Notes under the pieces: model-generated | Database searches by the model: none | What the model was told of the DNA's origin: nothing | The model's input: the letters and a program-made list of their open reading frames with translations, nothing else | Program-made: the position numbers and the translations under genes | DNA from: Myxococcota bacterium | Lineage (GTDB): Bacteria; Myxococcota_A; UBA9160; UBA4427 | Direction: 5' to 3' | Assembly (NCBI GenBank): GCA_965250285.1 | Contig: OZ252299.1 | Coordinates: forward strand, 4,256,001-4,320,000 | Length of the DNA stretch: 64,000 bases | Shown here: piece after piece, positions 55,403 to 64,000 of the stretch | Layout: each line of letters starts with the position of its first letter | Position numbering within the stretch: the first letter of the stretch is position 1

Positions 55403-56038
55403 TCAGCCGCTCCAAGCCGCGCGCGTGCCCGTTTCGGCGTCGATCGCGACGTGGCCGGGCTGCGACTCGAAGCGCTCGATCCATGCCTGCACGCTCGGAT
55501 ACGCACCGAGCTCGAAGCCGCCCTCATGGGCGACATGCGTATACGCGAACAGCGCGATGTCAGCGATCGTGAGCGCGTCGCCCACGAACCACGGGCGATC
55601 TGCGAGGTGCCTCTCCATCACCGAGAGCGCATGGCGACCGCCCTCCATCTTGGCGGGGAGCTCGTCGCGCTTGCCATCGGCCTGACCGGAGAAGTGCCAG
55701 AAGCGGGCGACGGCGATGAACGGCTCGTGGCTGTACTGCTCGAAGAACATCCACTGCAGCACCTGCGCTCGCGCCCACGTGTCCTCGGGCCAGAATCGCG
55801 TGCCCTGGGCCAGAAAGAAGAGGATCGCGTTCGACTCGGCCAGCACGCGGCCATCGGGCAGCTCGAGCGTCGGCACCCGATGATTCGGGTTCTTCGCCAC
55901 GAAGCGTTCGCTGCGCGTCTCGCCCTTCAGGATGTCGAGGTGCACGCGCTCGAAGGGCCGCTCGAGCAGCGTGAGCAGCAGCCGCACCTTGTAGGCGTTG
56001 CCCGACTCGAAGTAGTCGTACAGCCTGAGCTTTTCCAT
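55403..56038 (-). CDS. Glutathione S-transferase family protein
   Basis: SGNAYKVRL, NPNHRVP, AESNAIL, FFEQYSHEP, TIADIALFAYTH. Confidence 0.93.
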   Translation of the reverse strand: MEKLRLYDYFESGNAYKVRLLLTLLERPFERVHLDILKGETRSERFVAKNPNHRVPTLELPDGRVLAESNAILFFLAQGTRFWPEDTWARAQVLQWMFFEQYSHEPFIAVARFWHFSGQADGKRDELPAKMEGGRHALSVMERHLADRPWFVGDALTIADIALFAYTHVAHEGGFELGAYPSVQAWIERFESQPGHVAIDAETGTRAAWSG

Positions 56039-56208
56039 CGTGCATCCCTCTCGTGAGGCATGGGCCGGCGAGCGGCGAGGCCCGGCCACCATAGCCCGGC
56101 GCCCCCCGGCGGCGGTGAGGGGATGGTCAAGAAACGATCGCACCGCGGTCAGGACCGAGATCGAGACTGCGCCGATGATCCCGTCGAACCCGAACAGGAG
56201 ATCCGGCC

Positions 56209-56934
56209 ATGAACCAGGCCCACCCCGCATTCTTCGAAACCCAGATCGAGCCGCGATTCAACGGCCCGCCCGGCATGGGCAACGGCGGCATCGTCTGCGC
56301 CCTGCTCGCAGAGCACTGCGAAGGCGCTTTCGAGGCCGAGCTGCGCGCGCCGGCCCCGCTCGAGCAGCCGCTGACGATCGATCGCGGCGTCGATGGTGAG
56401 ATTTCGCTGCGCGACGGCGATCGGCTCATCGCGTGTGCGCGCGAGCGGCGCCTCGAGCTCGACGTGCCTGAGCCGCCGAGCTGGCGCGACGCCGAACGCG
56501 CGCACGCCTCGCGTGTCGATGCCGCGCATCCGTTTCCGCACTGCTTCGTATGCGGGCCGGCCCGCGCGGCGGGCGATGGCCTGCGGGTCATCGCGGGCCC
56601 GATCGAGGGACGGGACGGTCTGGTCGCCACGCCGTGGCGCCCCGATGCGTCGTTCGTCGACGAGACCACAGGCGTCGTGGCGGAGCGCTTCGTGATCGCC
56701 GCCCTGGATTGTCCCGGCGGCATTGCCGCGCTCCGTGGCCGGCAGTCGCCGATCCTGCTCGCGCGGTTCCACGGCCACGTCGCGCGAGCTCCCGTTGCCG
56801 ACGAGCGCTGCATGCTGATGGGCTGGCCGATTCGCAGCGAGGGGCGCAAGCACGTGGCTGGGTCGGCGCTGCTCGACGAAGCAGGTCGAGTGCTCGGTCG
56901 GGCGGAGGCGCTCTGGATCGAGCCGCGCGGCTGA
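56209..56934 (+). CDS. Double hotdog-fold (thioesterase-like) protein
   Basis: RFNGPPGMGNGG, PFPHCFVCGP, AALDCPGG, EGRKH; AGGAG RBS. Confidence 0.8.
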   Translation: MNQAHPAFFETQIEPRFNGPPGMGNGGIVCALLAEHCEGAFEAELRAPAPLEQPLTIDRGVDGEISLRDGDRLIACARERRLELDVPEPPSWRDAERAHASRVDAAHPFPHCFVCGPARAAGDGLRVIAGPIEGRDGLVATPWRPDASFVDETTGVVAERFVIAALDCPGGIAALRGRQSPILLARFHGHVARAPVADERCMLMGWPIRSEGRKHVAGSALLDEAGRVLGRAEALWIEPRG

Positions 56935-56941
56935 GCCGAGG

Positions 56942-58609
56942 TCAGACCGAGGCGATCGCGAAGGTCTCGATCTCGCGGTCGCCAATGCGCGCGGGCCTCG
57001 ACTCGACCGCCACGCCCGAGCCGACGACCAGACCCGCGAAGGCGTCGGTCGCCCAGGCTTCGCCGGGTGACGTGACGGCGACCAGCGCGACGGCGTCGTC
57101 GACCGCCGGCCCTGAGACCACGAGGGTCGGCGCGTCGTCGGCCCCGCCGCCGTCTCGCTCACGGCACTCCACCTCGCTGCAGTGCAGCGCCGCGCGAAGG
57201 GTGCACCCGTGACGCTCGGCCGCCGCCGAGATCGCGAGCGCGCAGCGCGCGGCCGAGGCCGGACCATCGAAGAGCGCGGCCCACGCCGGGGCGTCGACCT
57301 CGACGCGCTGACCGCGGTGCGCGACGACGCACTGGTCGATGGCGGCCACGAGGTCGGAGGGGGCGCTGTCACCTCCATCGAGCAACAACAGCGTGGCGAG
57401 TCGGCGACGGGCCGTGCCTGCCCCGTCGCCGGTCTGCGCAAGCCACGCCTCGAGCGCTTCGGAGGTCTGTTCGGCGGTCGCACCGAAGAAGGGCAGATGA
57501 TCGACCCCTTCGAGCTCGACGAGCCGGGCGCCCGCGATTCGCTCGGCCAGCTGCCGTCCGTGCGCGACGTCGATCACCGGATCGCGCGTCGAGTGCACGA
57601 CCAGACAGGGCGTCTCGAGGAGCGGCAGCACGTCGCGCACGTCGATCGACCGGTTCATGCTCCAGAGCTCGAGCGCGGCCCCCGGGCTCGCGCCGACCAG
57701 CTCGGCGCGCCCCGCCCACGCGTGCATCGCCGGGTCGTCGTCGCGGCTCGCCACCGCCGTCGAGACGGATCGCCCCTCGCCCCAGCGCGTCGAGATGTAC
57801 GACTCGAGCCGGGCGATGTCGTCCTCGGTCCAGCCGAACGCCTGGTCGTCGTCGCGCGTCATGCGCGCGAACCCACCGAGCAGGGCCAGCCCGCTCACGC
57901 GCTCGGGTTGACTCGCGGCGTAGAGCAGCGCCATCGGTGCGCCCTCTGACACACCGACGACGTGCGCGCGACGGCTGCCGACCGCGTCGAGCACGGCCGT
58001 CAGATCTTCCATGCGCTGGGCGAGACCAGGCAGCTCCTTGACGCGATCCGAGAGCCCCGTGCCACGCTTGTCGAAGAGAATCAGTCTTGCGTGTCGGGCG
58101 AGCCGGTCGAAGAACGCCGCGAGCGGTGGCTCTTCGAAGATCGACGCGATGGAGAGGACCCAGCCGCTCACGACGACGACGTCGATGGGACCATCGCCGA
58201 CGACCTGATACGCGACGTGCGTGCCGCCCGCATTCGTGAAGGCCGAACGCGCCGCGGGGGTCTCGGCGACCGGCCGGGTGGGGCGCGAGGGCGGGTCGGC
58301 GCCCTCCTCGACTTCGGCCGTGAAGCGGTAGCCGACGCGGGCGTGGGTGCGAATGAAGGGGGGGTCGTTCTCGCCGTCAGCGACCGCGCGACGCGCGAGG
58401 CTCACGGCGCGGGCCAGTGATGCCTCGGTCACGGCGGCATCGGCCCAGAGCGCGTCGAGCAGCTCGTCCTTCGGCACGACGCGCTCGCGGTGGCAGACGA
58501 GGTACAGGAGCAGCTCGAAGACGAGCGGCTGGACCTCGACGACGGCGTCGCCGCGACGAAGCTCGCGGCGCGCCGCGTCGAGCACATACGACTCGAAGCG
58601 ATACTGCAT
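56942..58609 (-). CDS. Winged-helix (OmpR/CadC-type) regulator fused to an alpha/beta hydrolase and a degenerate class III cyclase-like domain
   Basis: VVPKDELLDALW...IRTHARVGYRF; FDKRGTGLSDR, GVSEG, DHLPF; LATLLLLD, FDGPASAARCA. Confidence 0.85.
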   Translation of the reverse strand: MQYRFESYVLDAARRELRRGDAVVEVQPLVFELLLYLVCHRERVVPKDELLDALWADAAVTEASLARAVSLARRAVADGENDPPFIRTHARVGYRFTAEVEEGADPPSRPTRPVAETPAARSAFTNAGGTHVAYQVVGDGPIDVVVVSGWVLSIASIFEEPPLAAFFDRLARHARLILFDKRGTGLSDRVKELPGLAQRMEDLTAVLDAVGSRRAHVVGVSEGAPMALLYAASQPERVSGLALLGGFARMTRDDDQAFGWTEDDIARLESYISTRWGEGRSVSTAVASRDDDPAMHAWAGRAELVGASPGAALELWSMNRSIDVRDVLPLLETPCLVVHSTRDPVIDVAHGRQLAERIAGARLVELEGVDHLPFFGATAEQTSEALEAWLAQTGDGAGTARRRLATLLLLDGGDSAPSDLVAAIDQCVVAHRGQRVEVDAPAWAALFDGPASAARCALAISAAAERHGCTLRAALHCSEVECRERDGGGADDAPTLVVSGPAVDDAVALVAVTSPGEAWATDAFAGLVVGSGVAVESRPARIGDREIETFAIASV

Positions 58610-58674
58610 GGGACGATGATGGCAGCGTCGGGCGCGTGGCGTCCACCCGGTCTCGGCCGGGCGCCCCGGCGCGG

Positions 58675-59025
<351 letters not shown>

Positions 59026-59170
59026 TTAGGTTGAGCCGGGGGCGCACCGGCATCCGCACCTAATCGTGCCGAAACGCCGCGAGAATTCCCACTGCGAAGA
59101 ACCGGCGGCGGGCCTCCGAGCTGGGCAGGATCTGGCTCAGCGGGGGCACTCCGCCCCGATTCTTCGCTGC

Positions 59171-60907
59171 TCAGCCTGCCTGGGCCCCGTCCGGGGCGAC
59201 ATCGTCGGCGAGATAGACGCGCTCACCGCCCAGCCAAGTCTCGAGGACCACGATCTCATCGATCGTGTCGGGTCGGTCGAGCGGCGAGTCCGAGAGCACG
59301 ACGAAGTCGGCGAGCTTGCCCGCTTCGATGCTGCCCTTGTCGCCTTCTTCGAAGTGCTGCCATGCCGGCGTCGCGGTCACCGCTCGCAGCGCCGCCATCA
59401 CGGGGATGCGTTGATCCTCGCCCACGACGAAGTCGCTGCGTGTCTTGCGATTGACCGCAGCCCAGACGAGCCGAAGCGGCTCCATCGGCACGACCGGAGC
59501 GTCGCAGTGAATCGTGAACGGGATCCCGCGATCGAGCGCACCCTTCGCGGGGCTCATTTGGGCCGCACGCTCGGGGCCCATGAAGATCGTGCGATGCCGG
59601 TCGCCCCAGTAGAAAGTGTGCAAGCTGAAGAAGCTCGGCACGACGCCGAGCGCCTGCATGCGATCGAGCTGATCCTCGCGCGTCATCTGCGCGTGAATCA
59701 CGATGTGTCGCGCGTCTTCTCGAGGGTTCTTCTGCTGCGCCGCCTCGATCGCATCGAGGATGTCATCGATCGCCGCATCTCCATTGCCATGGATGGCCAG
59801 CTGCAGGCCGGCCGCGTGGTAGCGGTCGACGAGCTCGAACAACTCTTCGCGCGCGACGCGCGGATAGCCGCGGTACGTCGGGTCGTCTTCGGGGGGAACG
59901 TGGTAGGGCTCGCTCAGATAGCCCGTGTACCCCTGGATCGAGCCATCGGCGACGATCTTCACGGCCCCGACCCGCATCTGGTGCACATCCCAGTCGGGCG
60001 GCTCGAAGTCGCCGGCGACCCACGCGTCGCCCCCCTGCGTATCGGGCCACACGATCATCCGCACCGGGATGAACCCGAGCCACGACATCCAATCGAGGAT
60101 GCGAACGAGGTTCGGGTCGGTCAGCCCCGACTGGACCGTCGTCACGCCTTGCGACAGCGCGCGCTCGCCCGCTGACCGGAACATGGTGAGCGCATCGCCG
60201 AACCCGGGCACGAGCATGGGCGTGAGCGGCATCATCGCCATCTCTTCGAGCACGCCATCGGGCTCGGTCGAACCGTCGCGGCGCCGGATCACGCCGCCTT
60301 CGGGATCGGGTGTCGATGCATCGAACCCCAGACGCTCGAGCCCGATCGAGTTCACGACCGCCAGGTGACCCGAGATGTGCGAGACTGCGACGGGATGCCG
60401 AGTGGACACCCGGTCGAGATCATCCCGCGTCGGATGACGTCGCTCGTCGACGAGGGTGTCGTCGAAACCCATGCCGACCACCCAGTCGCCCTCGGGCACC
60501 TCGGACGCCCGCGCAGTCAACCGCGCGACCAGATCATCCATCGTCTCGACATCACCGATCGGCGGCGCATTCAAATCGACCGCCACGTCGAACATGCCCT
60601 CGCCCGGATAGTGTCCGTGCGCGTCGACGAATCCGGGCAGTACGGTTCGGCCACCGAGCTCGATCTCATGGGCGCCACGACGCTCGGCCCATGCGCGGAC
60701 CTCTTCGTCGGTGCCGACGACAGCGATTCGATCGCCTTCGACGCCGAAGGCGGTCACGATGCGGTCCGTGTCATCCATCGTGATCACTTCGCCGCCCGTG
60801 AACGCGACGGGGCCCGAACCGCAACCGACGGTCACGGCCGCCGCAAAGCCGGCGATTGCGACCGCGATCAGACCGGAGAGTCGGTGGCGCACGATCTTCA
60901 AAGGCAT
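59171..60907 (-). CDS. Amidohydrolase_3 (YtcJ-like) putative lipoprotein
   Basis: Lipobox-like VTVGC; PGFVDAHGH, KIVADGS, IHGNGD, HCDAPV, GKLADFVVL. Confidence 0.9.
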   Translation of the reverse strand: MPLKIVRHRLSGLIAVAIAGFAAAVTVGCGSGPVAFTGGEVITMDDTDRIVTAFGVEGDRIAVVGTDEEVRAWAERRGAHEIELGGRTVLPGFVDAHGHYPGEGMFDVAVDLNAPPIGDVETMDDLVARLTARASEVPEGDWVVGMGFDDTLVDERRHPTRDDLDRVSTRHPVAVSHISGHLAVVNSIGLERLGFDASTPDPEGGVIRRRDGSTEPDGVLEEMAMMPLTPMLVPGFGDALTMFRSAGERALSQGVTTVQSGLTDPNLVRILDWMSWLGFIPVRMIVWPDTQGGDAWVAGDFEPPDWDVHQMRVGAVKIVADGSIQGYTGYLSEPYHVPPEDDPTYRGYPRVAREELFELVDRYHAAGLQLAIHGNGDAAIDDILDAIEAAQQKNPREDARHIVIHAQMTREDQLDRMQALGVVPSFFSLHTFYWGDRHRTIFMGPERAAQMSPAKGALDRGIPFTIHCDAPVVPMEPLRLVWAAVNRKTRSDFVVGEDQRIPVMAALRAVTATPAWQHFEEGDKGSIEAGKLADFVVLSDSPLDRPDTIDEIVVLETWLGGERVYLADDVAPDGAQAG

Positions 60908-60933
60908 CGATCGAGCATAGGGGAGAACCGCGC

Positions 60934-62370
60934 TTGAGTGACATCGACGCCACGATCGACGCCTGGGTGCGGCCTTTCTCCGACGGTCTCTCGGCCATCG
61001 TGTTCTTCGAGGTCCCGATCGGCGATGCGAACCTGCCGCTGGTCGTGCTCTGGCTCGTGGCCGGCGCGGTCTACTTCACGATTCGGCTGCGCTTCGTGAA
61101 CATTCGCGGCTTCGGCCATGCGATCTCGCTCTTGCGCGGCGCCGACCGCGGCCCGGGCGAGGTCTCGCACTTTCAAGCACTGGCGACCGCGATCTCGGGG
61201 ACGGTCGGCATCGGCAACATCGGCGGCGTCGCGGTCGCCGTCAGCATGGGCGGGCCCGGGGCTGCCTTCTGGATGATCCTCGCCGGCTTCCTCGGCATGT
61301 CGACGAAGTTTGCCGAGTGCACACTCGGCGTGGCGTACCGCCGCGAGAACGAAGACGGCAGCGTATCGGGCGGCCCGATGTACTACCTCGAGCGCGGCCT
61401 CGCCGAGCGCGGCTGGCCCGGGCTCGGCCGTTTTCTCGGCGTCTTCTACGCGGTCGGCATCGTGATTGGCTGCCTCGGCATCGGCAACATGTTCCAATCG
61501 AACCAGGCCTTCACGCAGCTCGTCGGCGTGACCGGCGGCGAGACGAGCCCGATCGCCGACAAGGGTTGGCTCGTCGGTCTCGTGCTCGCGTTCTTCGTCG
61601 GGCTCGTCATCGTCGGCGGCATTCGCAGCATCGCGCGACTGACGCAGAGCCTCGTACCCTTCATGGCGGCGCTCTACATCGCCGTGGCGCTCGTCGTCCT
61701 GATCATCAACTACGAAGCCGTGCCCTGGGCCTACGGGCAGATGATCGGCGGCGCCTTCAGCGCCGAGGGTGTCGCGGGCGGCGCGCTCGGCGTCATGATC
61801 ATCGGGTTCCGACGCGCGCTCTTCTCGAACGAGGCGGGGATCGGCTCGGCGACCATCGCTCACTCGGCCGTCAAGACCGACGAGCCGCTGACGGAAGGCT
61901 TCGTCTCGATCCTCGAGCCGTTCATCGACACCGTCGTCATCTGCCACATCACCGCACTCGTGCTCGTCACCACGCTCTACTTCGAACCCGCGATCGGCGA
62001 GCGTCTCGGCGGCATCGAGACCACATCGGCCGCCTTCGAGCGAGTGTTGCCCTGGGCGCCGATTCCGATTGCGATCGCCGCCACGCTGTTCGCGCTGTCG
62101 ACAATGGTCTCGTGGTCGTACTACGGGCTGAAGGGCTTCACGTATCTGGTGGGCGAGGGCAGCCGCGGCGAGATCGTGTTCAAGGCGGTGTTCTGCATCT
62201 TCGTCGCGCTCGGCTGCTCGATCCGGCTCGATTCCGTGCTCGCCTTTTCCGACGCGCTGGTCTTCCTGATCTGCGTACCCAATCTGATCGGGCTGTACTG
62301 GCTCTACCCGGTCATCGAGGACCGCTTGCGCGCATACCCGTGGGGCAGAGACGGTGGCCGAGCGGGCTGA
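60934..62370 (+). CDS. Alanine/glycine:cation symporter (AgcS family)
   Basis: SHFQALATAISGTVGIGNIGGVA, GGPGAAFWM, GGPMYY, FSNEAGIGS, FIDTVVIC; TTG start after GGGGAG. Confidence 0.93.
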   Translation: MSDIDATIDAWVRPFSDGLSAIVFFEVPIGDANLPLVVLWLVAGAVYFTIRLRFVNIRGFGHAISLLRGADRGPGEVSHFQALATAISGTVGIGNIGGVAVAVSMGGPGAAFWMILAGFLGMSTKFAECTLGVAYRRENEDGSVSGGPMYYLERGLAERGWPGLGRFLGVFYAVGIVIGCLGIGNMFQSNQAFTQLVGVTGGETSPIADKGWLVGLVLAFFVGLVIVGGIRSIARLTQSLVPFMAALYIAVALVVLIINYEAVPWAYGQMIGGAFSAEGVAGGALGVMIIGFRRALFSNEAGIGSATIAHSAVKTDEPLTEGFVSILEPFIDTVVICHITALVLVTTLYFEPAIGERLGGIETTSAAFERVLPWAPIPIAIAATLFALSTMVSWSYYGLKGFTYLVGEGSRGEIVFKAVFCIFVALGCSIRLDSVLAFSDALVFLICVPNLIGLYWLYPVIEDRLRAYPWGRDGGRAG

Positions 62371-62531
62371 CGGCGCTTCCGCCCCCTCGGCGCACTCGCG
62401 TAAACATCTGACCTAATTCACTTTTTCTGAGATCAGAGAGCAATCAACTCGCGATCAGGACCGATTTGGCCGCTCGGCCGATCCTCCTGCTGAGCGACCG
62501 AGAATCAACTCGGCGCCACAGGAGAAACCCG

Positions 62532-63290
62532 ATGAAGCGCGTCCTCTATCCGACCTTTGCGGTGCTCTGCTACGCCGCGTTCTTTGCCTGCTTCGCCTAC
62601 ACCGTGGGCTTCCTCGCCAACTTCGGCGTGCCCAAGACCGTCGACGGCGACCCGACGTCTGGGCCGCTCGTCGCCGCTCTGATCAACGTGGCCGTGCTCG
62701 GCGTCTTCGGTCTCCAGCACAGTGTGATGGCTCGTCCGGGCTTCAAGCAGTGGTGGACGCGGATCGTGCCCGAACCGATCGAGCGCGCGGTCTACGTGCT
62801 CGCTTCGGTGGCGGCGCTCGCGCTCGTCATGTTCGCCTGGCAGCCGATGGGTGGCACCGTCTTCCAGGTGCAGAACGAGATCGCCCGCGGCGCAATCTGG
62901 GCGCTCTACCTCGGCGGCTACGGCATGGTGTTCTTGTCGACCGTGCTGCTCAACCATTTCGAGCTGTTCGGCCTGCGCCAGGCGTTCCTGTACGGAGCCG
63001 GTCGCGAGTACACCGCCCTGCCCTTCGAAACGCCCTCGGTCTACAAGTACGTGCGCCATCCGCTCTACGTCGGCTGGTTCATGGTGCTCTGGAGCACGCC
63101 CGACATGAGCATCGGCCGGCTGCTCTTCGCGGGTGTGTCGTCGGCCTACATCCTGGTCGCCCTGATCTTCGAAGAGCGTGACCTCGTGGCGCACTTCGGC
63201 GAGACCTACGAGCGCTACCAGAAGCAGGTGCCGGCCTTCGTACCGCTGCCGCGCCGAGCCACGACGCGCACCGCTCGCACCGCGAGCTGA
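62532..63290 (+). CDS. mddA: Methanethiol S-methyltransferase (MddA-like, ICMT family)
   Basis: LQHSVMARPGFKQWWT...IERAVYVL, NHFELFGLRQ, YVRHPLY.GW, EERDLV; AGGAG RBS. Confidence 0.82.
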   Translation: MKRVLYPTFAVLCYAAFFACFAYTVGFLANFGVPKTVDGDPTSGPLVAALINVAVLGVFGLQHSVMARPGFKQWWTRIVPEPIERAVYVLASVAALALVMFAWQPMGGTVFQVQNEIARGAIWALYLGGYGMVFLSTVLLNHFELFGLRQAFLYGAGREYTALPFETPSVYKYVRHPLYVGWFMVLWSTPDMSIGRLLFAGVSSAYILVALIFEERDLVAHFGETYERYQKQVPAFVPLPRRATTRTARTAS

Positions 63291-63311
63291 GCCGATCGCT
63301 TCACGGGCGCT

Positions 63312-63356
63312 CCATCCACCCGGCCCTGCGCAGACGCGCGGGCCGGGTCGGATGGG
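63312..63356. terminator. Imperfect GC hairpin between convergent genes
   Basis: CCATCC-ACCCGGCCC ... GGGCCGGGT-C-GGATGG. Confidence 0.4.
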
Positions 63357-63474
63357 AGCCCGAGGCCCCAGCGACCCGCGCTGCCCTCACCGAGCGGCCG
63401 GGTCGATGCGCGTCCGGCGCCTTGGGGCAGATCTTCCCTTCCGTTCGCGGCTCGTCGCGACGGCCAGCGATGCG

Positions 63475-63843
63475 TCAGCCTTCGTCGAGTTGCCGGATCG
63501 CCCGCTTCGGCGCCACCATGCGGTAGCCCTCTTCGAGCAGCCCGGCGACGACGCCCCAATCGACCTGGCCCTCGAGTCGAATGCCGATCCAGCCGCTCGG
63601 CCCGACGTAGGGAGGCACGAAGAATCGCTCGGGGTCGGATTCGACCAGCCCCTGCTGGTCCTCCTTGCGAAACTTCACCCAGACCGCGATGCGTCCGTCG
63701 CCGTGATGATTTTCGTGAAACGTCGCGAAGGTCTTCTTGCCGCCCCACCAGGTGGGCGCGCCATGCGAGATGCGCTCGTCTGTCTCGGGCCAGGCCGAGA
63801 TGATCTCGCGCAGCTTGATGAGCGGATCTTTGCGTCGAGGCAT
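63475..63843 (-). CDS. MmcQ/YjbR family protein
   Basis: SHGAPTW, HHGDGR, RFFVPPYVGPSGWIG, YRMVAPK. Confidence 0.85.
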   Translation of the reverse strand: MPRRKDPLIKLREIISAWPETDERISHGAPTWWGGKKTFATFHENHHGDGRIAVWVKFRKEDQQGLVESDPERFFVPPYVGPSGWIGIRLEGQVDWGVVAGLLEEGYRMVAPKRAIRQLDEG

Positions 63844-63895
63844 GACCAGAGCCTAGAACGGGCCGACGGCCCGGCCAACGTAACCGGGCAGCCGC

Positions 63896-64000
63896 CTACG
63901 AGGGCGGCTCACCGACCATCGCGCGCTCGAGCGATCGCAGCTCGGCGCGGGCCTTGCCGTTCGAAGGATCGAGCTCGAGCGTGCGCTCGTAGTCGGTGAT
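63896..64000 (-). CDS. C-terminal end of a TPR-containing protein (partial)
   Basis: Read manually: ITDYERTLELDPSNGKARAELRSLERAMVGEPPS-stop. Confidence 0.55.
   Translation of the reverse strand: MTDYERTLELDPSNGKARAELRSLERAMVGEPPS

Noticed and set aside
59054..59072. Sigma-54 promoter upstream of glnB (minus strand GGCACGATTAGGTGC)
   Set aside because: GG-to-GC spacing is 11 nt rather than the strict 10

Overview
High-GC, densely coding bacterial chromosomal segment with about 59 protein-coding genes. The gene content (many amidohydrolases and class II aldolases, a PEP-CTERM protein, a CarH-like regulator) suggests an environmental Myxococcota/deltaproteobacteria-like lineage; this is inference only. 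I saw no rRNA, tRNA, CRISPR array, integrase or transposase. Recognisable genes include pyk, bioA, glnB, mddA, an MscS channel, a Baeyer-Villiger monooxygenase, a carotenoid-cleavage oxygenase and a CarH/LitR-type B12 photoreceptor facing a lipid-modification operon. The most notable modules are: (1) a plant galacturonokinase-like GHMP kinase coupled to a nucleotidyltransferase, possibly a uronic-acid salvage route; (2) a large membrane-anchored P-loop ATPase paired with MscS; (3) an Fe-S aldo/keto reductase with two TM helices followed by an internal twin-arginine motif; (4) a five-EF-hand lipoprotein next to a bestrophin; (5) an MlaC-like protein inserted inside an ABC-2 exporter operon; (6) a divergent three-TetR catabolic island with visible promoters and operators. 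Many long ORFs in the supplied track are GC-rich antisense or frame artefacts. I re-picked start codons by eye using RBS and stop/start overlaps. All family calls come from motif recognition, not database searches.
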